A stretch of 60,025 bases of DNA, the filler included, from Bipalium vagum (lineage: Eukaryota), in NCBI GenBank assembly GCA_037834085.1. It is 3 parts of 3 records of this genome, joined end to end, with 100 filler letters (N's around TTAATTAATTAA, not from the genome) between each part and the next. Parts side by side here need not be neighbours in the genome. Positions count along the whole stretch, not along the records: positions 42,123 to 60,025 come from JBBMKC010042372.1; 2 more parts are not named here. One strand, written 5' to 3'. This document shows positions 46,681 to 60,025 of this stretch, one piece after another (positions within the stretch are counted from its first letter, which is position 1; the number at the start of each line of letters is the position of its first letter). Under the pieces are notes generated by a model, which searched no databases, had not been told where the DNA came from, and saw only the letters and a program-made list of their open reading frames with translations. Made by a program: the position numbers and the translations under genes.

Positions 46681-49600
46681 CCAAATCTCATGCAAAACAA
46701 TCCAAGATTGGAATTAATAAGATTGAAACGAAATAAGATAATCGAAATAAATAAAAGTTAATCAGGATGAAAAAATATATTGTTTTAAATGGTTGAAAGA
46801 TGTTTGCGAATATATTATGTAAAAACCATTTCCATTGGTATCAATAATACATTTTAACATAAAGAGGGGTAACCTTTATTTTAAAAGATGCTTATTGTAA
46901 TTTTGAGTTACATATATTTTTATAAAAAATTGGAAATGATGTTACTCAAACTCTAATGAAATTATTTATACTTTATCAGGAGCATATTGTCAAATGTTAT
47001 TTTCAAGGTTAAATCAGGTGATTTTTCTGTTCAAGACTCACATTGCACAGGTTGATCATCAATATGAACTGATGAACATTTACATTTAATTCTAAAAAGA
47101 AAGTCCACAACAGCGCGAGACAAAAGATTTTTAAGGAAAAGTCAGACATCTCTAAATATGCATCTAACAAATTCATATATTTCTCTCGCCTTGAATTTTG
47201 ATTCTTCTAGCAGAAAAAAACATTAATAATCTCATTTCAGTTTGCAATTCGGTGTTGAAACGGAAACAGGGAGTTCTATTAATGAAATTGTTAATAATAA
47301 ATGATTAAAAATGAATCATTTATAAAATATGTTAAACGCAACTGATAGTGAGCCAAGTATAAAGATTCGTCAATTTGCCAGAAAAAAGAAAACTTGGTTT
47401 TATTTTGATGAAATTGAAAAGGTGTAAATTATTAATTGCACAATTTTTATCTATATTAGAAAAATCTGATGTGATAGAAAAAAGTTGTTTAGACATTTGT
47501 AATCTACGCATCAAGCAAGATAATTATATTACTTCAAAAAATGACAACGTTGAATTTCGTAGTGTAATCGAAAAATCAATTACACATAGGGTTGATTTAA
47601 ATAAAACTACCATACATATATATGTATTTTCTCGAAAAACTGTTCCTTTAAATTTCCAACTTTTTGGTGACTTCTCGGATAATTTCAGTCTTTAGAAGAA
47701 ATCGATAATCACGTTCATAAAGTAGTCAAGTTACTGCTAAAAAGAATTATTTTATTAATGGCATCTGAAACTGACCAATCAAAGATGCTGATTATTGAAA
47801 ATAATAATGATTTCTATTGTTTAATAAATTTTCTTGTGCTTTAAAAGATTTGTTTTAATGTTTTTTTCAAAAATTCAGAATTAGCTTACGTTGAACATAA
47901 TATTATTTTTTGAAAAAATAATCAAATAAATTGAATTGAACTTATTATTTCCCGTTTATTATGGTTCTTAAAATGTCAAAATGTTGATTAAAATTCTTTC
48001 ATTAAGTGAAAAATTAAACAAAATCTAAGCACATATAGTGATATTGAAATTAATGAAAAAATTAATTAACCACCATTCAGTAAATGTTAATATATAAATA
48101 AATACCATATATATAACAGGTAAATAAATAAATAATAAAATCATGGATTTTCATTATTATTTTCAATAGTCTCGTTATTATTATAAATCCATTTATTGAT
48201 AAAACATTTAGAAATGAAACGAAAATATTAAATATTAAAATTCCAGCGGAGGATATGGAAATTATATAATGTAAAGATGGATAAAAAATAAAATCACGTA
48301 AAATATTAAATGTATTTTATATTTAGCAAATCAAAAAATAAAATTTGTAAATTATTATTTATTATTGACAAAAATTTATGAAAAATGTTATGGATTCTGA
48401 TTCAGTATCAAACTATTATTTATATAATATAAATAAGATTGTAAGAAGCTGTTTTTCATACATCAACACATTTACCAGATCGAAGACTTCATAATAAAAT
48501 AATGTCAAAGCACAGAACGATTCAAAAACAATCCGACCATTAAACAGTTTTTGGTAAAATTATAGAAATTTTTTTTTATTTATATTTGTTGAATAATAAC
48601 ATTTAAACAAATCAGCAGTATATTTATATGTACATATATTTTTAAGGGTCCAAAAATTCAATAAACTCGAAAAGGTCATAAATATATTTTTATTAATTAA
48701 TATTAGCATGATTAATTAATTAAATAATTTTTGAAAAATGTGAAAAATTGAATAAATATATTAATAAATAAAAAATGATTTAAATTTAGTCAAAAAATAA
48801 AACTGAAATTAAATTTACCTTAATTTGAAAATTAAATAAAAATTTAATTTAATGTTTCGATTTAATTAATCTTATGAATCAAAACTTTGTTTGAATCATC
48901 GTTATTGATATATTTTCTTAAAATTAAATAATATTAATATTTTAAAAATATATAAATAATTTATTACTAATTGAATTATTAATTTAAAATTATATATTAT
49001 CACAAGGCAAACCAAACGAAATTACAAATACAATTTTATTCCAACCAATATTTGGCAAACAAACTCGTTTACATTACATTTGGATGGAAGTTAATGAAGT
49101 GGAAAAGGTTTTATTCAGTGAATATTATAATAAAATAAATAATGGAAAATAATTATGTGATTTAAAGCAGATTTTTCATTTTTAATATTAATTTTGATTT
49201 ATTAATTATTTATATTGAACAAAAGCAAGATTTTTGTGCAATTTTACGCAATTTTTTTACAAATTAAAACAACTGGAAAAATAACTAAAGATAAAAAAAA
49301 TGTACACCTTTTTCTTATTAAAAATCAAAAAATTTTATTTATTTTGTTAGAAATAAGTCAGAAAGCAAGAAGAAATGTTTATGAAATATATTATATTATA
49401 TTATAAGATAGTATCATATTGTATTAAATATATCAGAGCAAAATAAACGAAATTGTAATTGAAAAATCATGTAACCGATAAACAGCACAGATAAGAAAGA
49501 GAGATTGTCTGTAAAAAGATCGATTAAATATACAAATTAGATACATTTTCAAATAAATAAACAATTTTAATTACGATAAATAAAACAAAAATCAGAAAAT

Positions 49601-50079
49601 TCAGCAAAAAATATTTTTTATTTTTATTTCAACGATGGGATTTATTTAATTTATTTTTCAAATATAATATTATTAATTTATAATGATAACTCAACTGAGA
49701 ATAATGTATTGAAAGAATATATTAATTATATATAACGTTATATATTCTCTTTTATATTATATTTCTTATTAATAATAGACTTCAGTCAAATTTCGCTACG
49801 GTTCTGTAATAAAACTTTTCCATATAGAGGAAAATCTTAGGTCTTTTTCAATTATGGTTGTTGTCAACTTTGATTGGCATTTCCAACTACATCAATACAT
49901 TAACAATATATAATATTAAAGATTATAGATTAATAATAATAAAGTTAGGCCTTTTGTAGCAGAGGTCTACTTGATTATTTACTGATATTGTTTAGTGGAT
50001 GATAACTTTAAACAGATAACAAATCAACCGAATATTTTCAGATTAATTTAATTTTTAATTAACAGTATAAATAATTACA

Positions 50080-50538
50080 AGAGACTAACCTAGTCAAATA
50101 TTGTTCTGAAATTGAAATAATGCATAAACAAATTATGCATTACACAATCGTCATTGATCAATAGAAAAGAAATTATCTTGTTGCCAGACAATGTACGATC
50201 ATATGTGACAAAGAAAAGGATGGAAAAGCTGAAAGACGTAAACATTAAAACATCCTTCTTATTTACCAGAATTATCTCTGATCGATTACCATTTTTTAAG
50301 CATTGCATAATCTCTTGGTTCAAAGAATCATTACTGACCAGGGTGATGTCGAAATCGCCATATCCGAATTCCTGAACTCCAGAAATTTAGAATTTTATGC
50401 AGATGAGATTCTGAAATTAGTCTTCAGATGGGAAAAGTGTATAGAATTCAATGGTGAATATTTAAGGAAATAATTTTTTTTATTTGACTTTTTTATATTT
50501 TTTGTTTATTACATAATTGGACATTCACTACCTAATAT
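50080..50538 (+). mobile_element. mariner 3' relic
   Basis: NRKEIILLPDNVRSY; EFYADEILKLVFRWEKCIEFNGEY. Confidence 0.8.
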
Positions 50539-53500
50539 ATTGAGAAAACCATACCAAGTATAGAGGATTTAAGGAAATAATTTTTTTTAGAATGACCTTC
50601 ATTAAATGTAAGGTACACAAAAATTTTTATTTCTACAAATCCGTTTCTCAGTCCAAACAATAATAATAGATATCTCATATTTAAACAATTTTAACTTCAG
50701 ATTTTATTGGCTTGGCCTATTCATGCTTTAGAGAATCATCTTCGTTATAACTGACAAAATTTTCTTATAGAAAAAAACATTTAGGGTTACTATAAGTTCA
50801 TAAAAATTACTGGTTTTCCCAAACGTAACGTTCCATCAGAAATGACAGTTTAATCTATTATATATAAAGTAGAAAAAACAAAGTATCAAATCTTAGTGTC
50901 AGTCTTATAAGCGGAAAAGAAAGAAAATATGCTAGTGAAAATAAATTTTTCAGTCTACGCAACTACAGTCGCAACACAAAAATCGACTGCTCTGGACCAA
51001 AGATTAAATGGATTAAGACGATCAATGGAAAAATATAATACGAAAAGAAATTTAATCTACAAGGATGATGTTGTTCTGCGTCTTATAGGCACCACCTAAG
51101 AAAATAAGAATTTGTTCAATCGCATAGGTCCACTGAGGAACTCTCTTTAATGACCTTGAAATATTTTAATTTTCAGGTAAAGTCAACTCTAGTGTATGTT
51201 TCTCGAAAGCAAAAGCAAGTTAGATGTCTATGTCATGTGACTTAATCACTCTTTGCACTGGGTTCTTGAAAGAAGTATTGAACATATACTTCGGTCCCCA
51301 TATTCACTTGCATTATGAAGGTATAAGACAAATCCAGTCCATTAAAGAGTTGAAGTCTATCATCCTACATTCTTGAAAGAAAATGGAAAACAACCATGGA
51401 AAACCGATGAATTTAGTGATACAGAATTTCTCTAACTATTAATAAGCACGAATGTGCCAATAAATTTTACCAATTCACTTCAGTTAAATTTGTTTCACGT
51501 TCCGTGTTTAAAATTCATTTTCTTGTAGTCTCGATAAATGTTGTTTGTGTAATTTAACTCAGTTTTATTTTTACTTCAATTAAATTTTAAATATTAGGCA
51601 CTGTGAGTGTAAATTCCAAATAACTTTCTACTTATTTGTTCTAAGCCTATAAAGTTTTAGTTTGTGAGAAACTTTAGTTATATCTATATATTAAGCATGA
51701 TAATATTATCGTATTTTTAGGACCGGGAATGAAATCTTGAGCCGCACTGTTTTTATTAAAATCAATATAAATATCTCGAATTTTATCTGAATAAAATAAG
51801 AATCATAAATATGTCAAATCGATTTAGAAAAAAATTTTCAGAATTTAGGCACTGAAATTATTCACAGAATTGATAATTTAATGCCAATCTTTGACAGAAA
51901 ATTCTGATACCGACTCTGAATCATTTGATGGCAATGATCAGAGATTTTATTTTAAACAAATAATGTTAATTATGTTAATAAAATAAGAAAATAAATGAAT
52001 GTTATTGCCAATCTTATTATTATTATTTTTCTCTTACTTTTATTTTATTATTATAATCATGATTATCAATTATATTGCTATTATAATTATTAATAATAAT
52101 AATAATTTTATTTTCATTATAATTATTATGAAAGATGACAATTTCGCTTCATAATTTCATAATGCGAAGAAAAAGTACTATTGTCAATAAAGAAATCAAA
52201 TTATACAATTATATCATATGTAATTAATATTGACACTGTACCATATAACCACATTATAATCACCTGCATATGCATATCCTGTGTAAGCCGGAAAACTTAG
52301 TCTAAAAATCAATTATGAAATATGTCTTATTTGTCTGTGAAGTCATTAAATATTTGCAGAATATTGTAGAAATTCTGCGGTGGATGATTTTTGTGGAAAT
52401 GTCTGCAACTATTGACTGAATATGGTTAAGAATTGGAAAAATGTTCCACGACTCTGTAATATATCAGACAACCATGTTTAATCTATTTATTGTTTATTTT
52501 TCCTGATACCTGATCATTTTTTGTTTTCTATCGTTGTTGAGCACTGTTACCTATAGCGTTGGTGATGATTCTGAATTTGACACTATTTAATGTCTATAAA
52601 TATTTTATGGGTCATAAATACATGTTATCTTATAAACAAACTATTTATAAATGATAATTTAAACAATATAGAAATAGTTTACCAGTCTAGATGTTCTACT
52701 GATTTTCTAGCTTTAATGTCATACTGTTTCTAGACGAAATAGACCTAAAACACTGAATTTAGATGTTTTCTGAAATGTCTTAAATAATCCTCAAAAATCT
52801 TTTTAATCAAATCAATTTCCCATAAAATTACCTTAAAATATTCTTTTCCATTAATTTAATTTTTTAATAATTTATTCATTCACAAAAATTATAATTTATT
52901 TATTCATAAAAATATAAATAAAAAATATATAGCAAAAGTTGCTTACAGTATGAGGCCCACTTTAAGAATATTACCAAAATTAACCAGTCAAACTTAAGAA
53001 TAATATATATGTAATTTTAAAATTTAAATTAAAACTTAATTTTACTCAAAGAATATCTTAAATTGTAATTAAATTACACAATTTTTAGAGATATAAAAAA
53101 CCAAAAAATAAACGGTAAAAGATAATAAATTTATATACTTTCATAGTTCAGGATTTCGTCAAAAATCAGAATTTGTTTAAATGTTAAATGTTTATGAAGG
53201 TCATTTGTATAATTCATCCACAATATTTTGTGTTGAAATAAACATTACTTTCGTTCAAAAATGCTAAATGCAAAGAATTCAACTAATATGGAAAATATCA
53301 ATAACTTGGCAACCACTAATATTTATAACCACGTTTTATATAACCAATATTAATTTTACTATAAGATAATATTTTTTTTAAAAAAAATAAGAGTAATTAA
53401 AATTTGAAACTAATTACTTAATCATAAGGAACATGCTTTTCTGTCAAAAATTGAGCTAAAATAAAAATATTTTTAACCTTTCAAACAAAATATTACTCCT

Positions 53501-56419
53501 TTTTTTGAAAAAAAAATTCTCAGTGCTTTTAATGATTTTAATTAAAGTCTTACTATTTCTTTCTGCCATGCCATCCTCACTGTAACGTTGAACCAATTTG
53601 TTTGGGAATACATTTTATAATTTCCCAATAATAAAATAACGCGAATGTCCCTTAACAAGTTGAACATGTTTTAATAACTAATTTTTTAATGAATTTAATA
53701 TTGAAACAAATTTGAAAAAATGAAATGTTACATTAAATACATTTTATAATAATTCGATAAAAGCTTTCCAGATTGTTATTTCTAAATAGTTTGTAATATT
53801 TTGCTGGATGAATATTTTATATTTAATTAACAAAAATATTAGAGAGAGTATTTTTAATTTTCAATTTCCAAAACATAATACGGGGGTTTTAGAAATATTT
53901 ATCCTATTCTAATTATCATTATTATAAAAACCAATTAAATAATTAATTTGAAATAATAATTAGTGCTAATTATTAAAAAGATTTTGTTTAAAAAACAAAA
54001 ATATAATGATTGAAAATAAGAGTAAATATCAAAATGTATCTAATGAAATCAGGAAAATGGTATTTCTGAAGTATGAAGCTGGAAAGTCTTCTATAAAGTA
54101 TTATCGAACCGTTGCACCTCCATATGAACCTCCAATGACATTACCGGATAAAAGTTCCAAGGATTCTTAAGAAACATTCAAAGATACTTTATTAAAACCG
54201 TGACAAGTGAAGAATTTTAATTTCTATATAAAATATACCATTTAATCGTTTTCATTTAGTTTTATTATTAGATTAAATATTTCAGAGACCTTTGTAATAC
54301 ACATTTCTTTTGTCAAAATTTTGTAAGATGTGTACAAATAAGTTTTTAAGCTTTTTTATTAAACGTATTTTTTCAATGTAATGATAAATAATAATGTTTG
54401 TTTTGCAAATCTATTTTTATTTAAGTTATTCAATTGGTTTTGTTTTAATAATCTAATTTTAATATTTTTTTAAATGCAATATTTTAGAAATGAAAAATAT
54501 GAAAGACCCGAAAGTTTATTCGCCATTGCATTGGATATGAATATCATCAGCCAATATCCGATGCACAAACGTTTGCATCGACCTGAACCGTACTTGGAGA
54601 TGATGTTGTTTCCAAAAGTATCTGTGAATTTTGGTTTTGCAAATTTTGGACTGGAAATTTAAATGTGAGCGACAAGTTGATCTTACGAATAACTACGATT
54701 TACTAATATTGGGATGATAGATTGATCCATTTGGTTTTTTAAGAATAAAATATATCTTTTGGTTTTACTTTGAAAATAGTTTTAATAGAAAATTTAAAAC
54801 ATCTTTATTTATGTGTCATAGAAAATGTTTTTGTTTAAATAATCTATTTTTTATCGAATATTTAAAACCTTCATGTGGAAGATATTTGTGTTCATTTATC
54901 GTACATTAGTTTGCATTTTTTTAAAAAGAAAATCCAGCTGCTAGTGTTTATAAAAATCTTGTATTTTAATTATATTTATTATTAGCAGTATAATTTACGA
55001 GAAACTTTACTCCACCCAATAATATTTATTATTTATTGATTTTCCGAAAAAGAAAAACCAAGTCAACTAAACGTCCTTCAAGTCTGTTAAACTTATGTCA
55101 CGTTTATATAGGATAATATTCCCCAATAGTTAAGCTAAACATTGGGAAACCTAAACAAATTATTGAAATGGAAACGAACAAAATGACAATCATCTGATTT
55201 TCCCCTTGAATCATTTTCGAGAAATAATATTCTTTTTCTTTCAATCAAAAGTCTCTCTTTTTCAATATCAATATCTCACTGTTTCAGAAACGTCTTTCAA
55301 TTGTTTTAACAGAAAATAAATTATATTCTGAAGAAAAGAAAAACTGTTTCCCAGTTGGGAGTTTTCTGTCTTAATAATTTTGATAATATATTTCAAATTT
55401 GACAACTGACCGAAGAATCTACTCAAAATGACAGTCTTGAAGAAAAAAAAATATAAATGAAATCTTAACTAAATAATTGCATTAATTCAAACAAAACTTT
55501 TTTTGAGGTTACACTCTTTAGAAAAAATAAATTTATTTTTCTGTAATTAAAAACGAGTGGAAATTATTTCCCGTAATTTTTCACCAGAAAAAATATGTCA
55601 GTATTCGAGAATAAAAGAAACGAAAGATAATTTGAGATCCTTCAGATATGAGAAATTTTATCAAAAAATAATTTCCTCAATTAATTTTTAATAATCAAAT
55701 TAAAATCTGAAAAATTCGTTTTAACGCCATTTTTGAAAAGATTTTCATTTTTTTTGAGAAAATATTTTAAATAGTTTACGAAAATTAAAAACCGAGATTA
55801 ATTTTTGTAATTTGAGACAATTTAGATTTTTAATTTTTTGAGCAGTTTGAATTTTTTCAGAAGAAATAATAATTTGTACGATCCAAAATTATTTTATTTT
55901 TTTCCAAAATTAAACTGGCTCACCCATTCACAGTTGTATGACCCGCGGTTTGGTGAAGAAGTTTAAAATTTTCGGTGGAATGAAGACAATGATTTATAAA
56001 TAAATAAATATTTTCATTGTTATATTATTTTTTTCGTTATAATTCTTTAAAATATTATCATTCTGTAATCTGAAATATATTTACTCGGTCGTTTTAAGTT
56101 AAGGACTCCATAAAATTTAGTCAAAAATTAATATATGCTAATAATAATAATAATAATAAAAATAATAATAATTAATAAAAATAATTATTATGATAATAAT
56201 AAAGTGATCCCACTCATTTTTGTCACAATGAGACCATGCAAAAAATGGCAATAATTAGAGAATGGTAAAAATAAAAGGTTCATGTAATTTTTAATAGATC
56301 TATTAATATCCTAAGCAAATTTGATTGAGAATATCTCAGAAACTCTTATATGCATGATCTTGGGATGTTTCTTGCATTAATCTATGATTGCAATTTTTTT
56401 AGATTGGGAAATAAAATGA

Positions 56420-57150
56420 AATCACTGGGTGCTAAATCCTGACTGGTTTCTCCTGAGTTCATCCTTCAACACTTCAAGCAATACTGTATAATAAGATCTT
56501 GTGACAGATTTCTCTTTCTTAAGATAGTCTATGAGAAATACCTTGGGCATCCCAAAAAATTGTACATATAATCTTATCAGACGTTGTTTGCGTTTTTGGT
56601 CTCTTCGGTGCACTTTATCCAGGTGAAATTCACTGCTTCGATTGATGAGTATACTCAGGAGTGTAATAATGAATCCATGTTTCATTGCAGGTGACATATC
56701 GATGCAAATAGGCATTTGAATCTTTTTGAAACAGTGCCAATTTTCTCTGCGAATCACTAACACCTTTCTGCTTTTGATTAATAGTTAATGAATGCGGGAT
56801 CCATTTTGCAATCACCTTTTCATTTGCAATTTTCCATGTATTGTATTTCCTACACTGTATTTTAAAATGCCCATAACGTCAGCAATCCGTCTAATCTTCA
56901 ATTTCTGATTTACCATTATCATTTTGTGTATTAGCATGGTATTTTAGTCAGTTGTTCTCTCAATTGAACGACCACGACGACATTCATTTTTAATGCATGT
57001 GCGACCTCATTTGAAATCTGCATGCCAATTTTTAAAAGTGGAATACGATGTTGCAGATTGCCTATAATGCTTATCTAAACTTTCTTTGGTTTTAGTAGTG
57101 GTTTTCTCTTTCATAATATTTCATTAATAATCTAAAATTGTATGTTCATT
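56420..57150 (-). mobile_element. Himar1/irritans-like mariner relic
   Basis: IHKMIM..KLKIRRIAD, AKWIPHSLTINQKQ, YVTCNETWIHYYTPE, LIDYLKK.KSVT..YY..LL. Confidence 0.88.
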
Positions 57151-58929
57151 TTCAAAAATGCATTTATTAAAACTATTTAAATTGATTGTGTAAAGTAATA
57201 TAATTTACCGAAATCAATAAAAGTTAATATTCAATAATTTAGAAGATTATTCTTTAAAATAAGCATATATATTTTTACTTAGTCTTCTTATTAATGATCA
57301 AGACCATGAATTTTTCTTAGAGCTAAGTAGTTCGTGTAAAATATTTTATAATTACCCATTTAGAAATGATAGGTTATTGATATTATTATAGAAAAGTATT
57401 TATGAACAAAATTATATATTTTAAACTATTATTATAAATTTTATCTAATCGATTTTGAACGAAAATCATTTTAAGCACAAATATCTAAAAAAAAATATGA
57501 AAGGTTATATTTTTTATAAGGGTACAAAGATCTGTTGACAATGATCTGATTAAATAATGAATATAATTTACATAAGTTGTTTACATCCAAATGAGACTGT
57601 GAACAGAAATAATAATATATAATACACTTTTATATCAGCATGTTTTTTTATTTCTTAAGAAATTTTTAAAGAAAATAAGTTGTATACTTTACTGGTATAC
57701 ATTTTTATTGGATTTTGAAATAATTCATAACGAGACAATGTATATCTCTCTATCTTCATGTAGTACTATGTATAGGATAAATTAATAATTATATATTATA
57801 ATATTTTAAATAATGAATTTATTTATTAAATATTTAAAGAGCATTTCTTATTTTTAAAATTATTTATATTCTCGATCCTTAAAATTAAAAAAATTTAAAA
57901 CCTGGTTTCTATTATTTTCTGTTATTATTGTGAAAATTGTTTTTTTTTATTTTGAAATGACATTTGACTGAAAATGATTATTCTGTTTTTATTAAAATGG
58001 CATTAAATATTAAAAAAATTGCAATGGAAAGGTCAAAAGGTTACTGAACATAATCTCAAAAATTAAATTCCGTCCTCTTTTTCTTCTCAGTGACCTTCAT
58101 AGGTTTTGCTGATACTTCTTAGTGCCAAGAAAGGATCTGAGATCATTTGAGGCCGACTGAAATGGAATTTACATTTCTAAATTTCAGAATCATATAGCAT
58201 GAAAGGGTGACATTTGAATGAGATATCTATATAAAATCAAAGTAGACTTAAATTTCACCTATTTTTATTGTAGTAAAGCATGTGGTCACTTAATAGAGAC
58301 TAAATATTATAGATATTTATCACAATAAGCTTTCTTTCTGTCATTGGTGTGACATTCGTTATAAGAAATATTTATATTTCTTTATACACTTTATCTCATA
58401 AATTTTTGTTGTATAGATCAAGTCCAAATTAAACCCCATGATATTCATTAGAACCCTATTATGTGAAGACTTATTCAGAATAAACAAATATTCATCCGCG
58501 TTATTGAGTTCCATCTTATTAAGCAATTATTATCAGTGTACATAACTTTTAGAAAACCAAACTATGCTACTTTTGTATCCACTTATGCATGTTTCAGAGA
58601 TTGTAGAATATTTCAGGTTTTAAGTCTAAAACCACTCTATATGCTAAAATATATTTTAAGCAAAGTATGTTGAATTATACTAAACCTAAACTATGGAAGA
58701 AATGAAAAATAAAAAATAAGAAATACAATTAACAGTTCAGAACAAACCATTCAGAAATTAATTCTGAAAAACATGTATACTTGAAAAGGTGATGTTGAAT
58801 ATTTTTTAATTTCACCTAAAATCTAGGGACATACGGGAATCTCATAAATTCATAGCAGACAATACTTTTTATGATACTCATGTATAAGTTCGAAATACAA
58901 TTGTAGATGGTGCTTATATGATTGAGACG

Positions 58930-59160
58930 CGGATTGGAAAGTTATAATGACTATATGTAATCTTCAAAATAACATAGGCATATGGGTACAAAGATCACAA
59001 ACACTCCAAGTTTCTTTGAATTTTTCAAATATCTTACTCATTGTCGTCGTCGTAGAAACATTTCATCATTTCAACTATCTTAAAGGCCGTTTTACTAATG
59101 TGACTGATTTTATCTTAGCCATCAGTAAAACAATTTGCACTTTTTCTTCAATACAGAACT
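58930..59160 (-). mobile_element. Tc1/mariner N-terminal (DUF4817-like) fragment
   Basis: EEKVQIVLL...TTMSKIFEKFKETWSV (cf. TI...V.KF.ETGSV). Confidence 0.5.
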
Positions 59161-59263
59161 TAATTAAAATTTGAATTTACTGCAATTAAAATTATTTTTT
59201 TAAAACAATTAAAGACATAAAATTTCGTAAAAATATAAATGTTATATATTTAATTATTATATA

Positions 59264-60025
59264 TACACACCTGGACAAAAAAATGAGGCCTACATAATTT
59301 ATATCATATATTATGACAACATTTATTTTAACAATTTTACAGCAATTTTACAAAAATTTTCAAACAACATATCATTAACTAAATAAAAAATATTAATAAG
59401 GGATATATTGTCATTTGGCTAATTTAAGAAACTTGAACCGTTTGGGTAGGCTATATGAAAGTCTCTGACAATGTTCTGAATTAATTATTTTCCATTTTTT
59501 CTCGACTGCTTTCCACAGTTGGTCAGGAGCATTGAAATTATTTTGTATGTATCCCATGTATCCCGGTGCATTGTCCTGTTGGAAAATAACATATTGTCTT
59601 TCATTTTCCGTGCATAACTTCTCGGTGCTTGGAAGTAATCCAATATCTAATAACCTTTGGTACTCTTTGGCATTAATTGACCAGTACATTGTATAAGCTC
59701 AGCAACTCCAAATGCTGAGAATATTCCCCAAACCATAATTCCCCCAGTGCCATGTTTTTTTGAGGTGGAACAGAACACATATTGGAACCACTGAGAATCA
59801 TACATACCGTAAAGATTATAAAAATTTAATCTGTCTTTAATATTCTCTTTTGAATAAAATGGTTTCTTTGCACAAAGCATAGATGTAAACCCCAATTCTT
59901 TGACTCATCTTGCAATTGTTTTACGAGAAACTGTTTCATTATTTCCACTTTTGAATTCCTCAGCTAATTTTGTAATAGTTTTCTTACGATCTTTAATGAC
60001 CTCAAATTTCAGTCTATTGTTATCT
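59264..60025 (-). mobile_element. Tc1-like element relic, running off the window end
   Basis: tacac terminus at 59264; AKKPF, KHGTGGIMVWGIFS, IFQQDNAP, LWKAVEKKW. Confidence 0.88.

Noticed and set aside
55933-55965. YDPRFG as an RFamide neuropeptide
   Set aside because: No basic cleavage site after Gly and no signal peptide identified; kept only as a weak orphan-exon idea.

Overview
Very AT-rich eukaryotic genomic DNA from a draft assembly with three N gaps. It is probably an invertebrate animal (inference), with spliceosomal GT-AG introns. Three host genes can be reconstructed by hand. (1) A multi-exon secreted, probably GPI-anchored S1A serine protease on the minus strand (4970-13577), with intact His/Asp/Ser motifs and TE-filled introns. 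(2) A short two-exon 60S ribosomal protein L6 (30667-31277, minus). (3) A six-exon RNase H1 (33614-34637, plus) with 39-51 nt introns. Most other identifiable sequence is decayed transposons: many mariner copies, Tc1, maT-like, a DD39D-like relic, pogo/Tigger, hAT/Buster, piggyBac-like, MITEs, Ty3/gypsy gag and integrase, a Penelope-like RT/GIY-YIG, and restriction-like-endonuclease non-LTR elements. No rRNA, tRNA or CRISPR could be supported. The most intriguing unexplained feature is a ~500 bp cluster of stem-loops at 27690-28190 whose stems carry G-U wobbles consistently on the + strand, a candidate structured RNA. TE boundaries are approximate unless TIRs are quoted, and all family calls come from motif recognition, not database searches.
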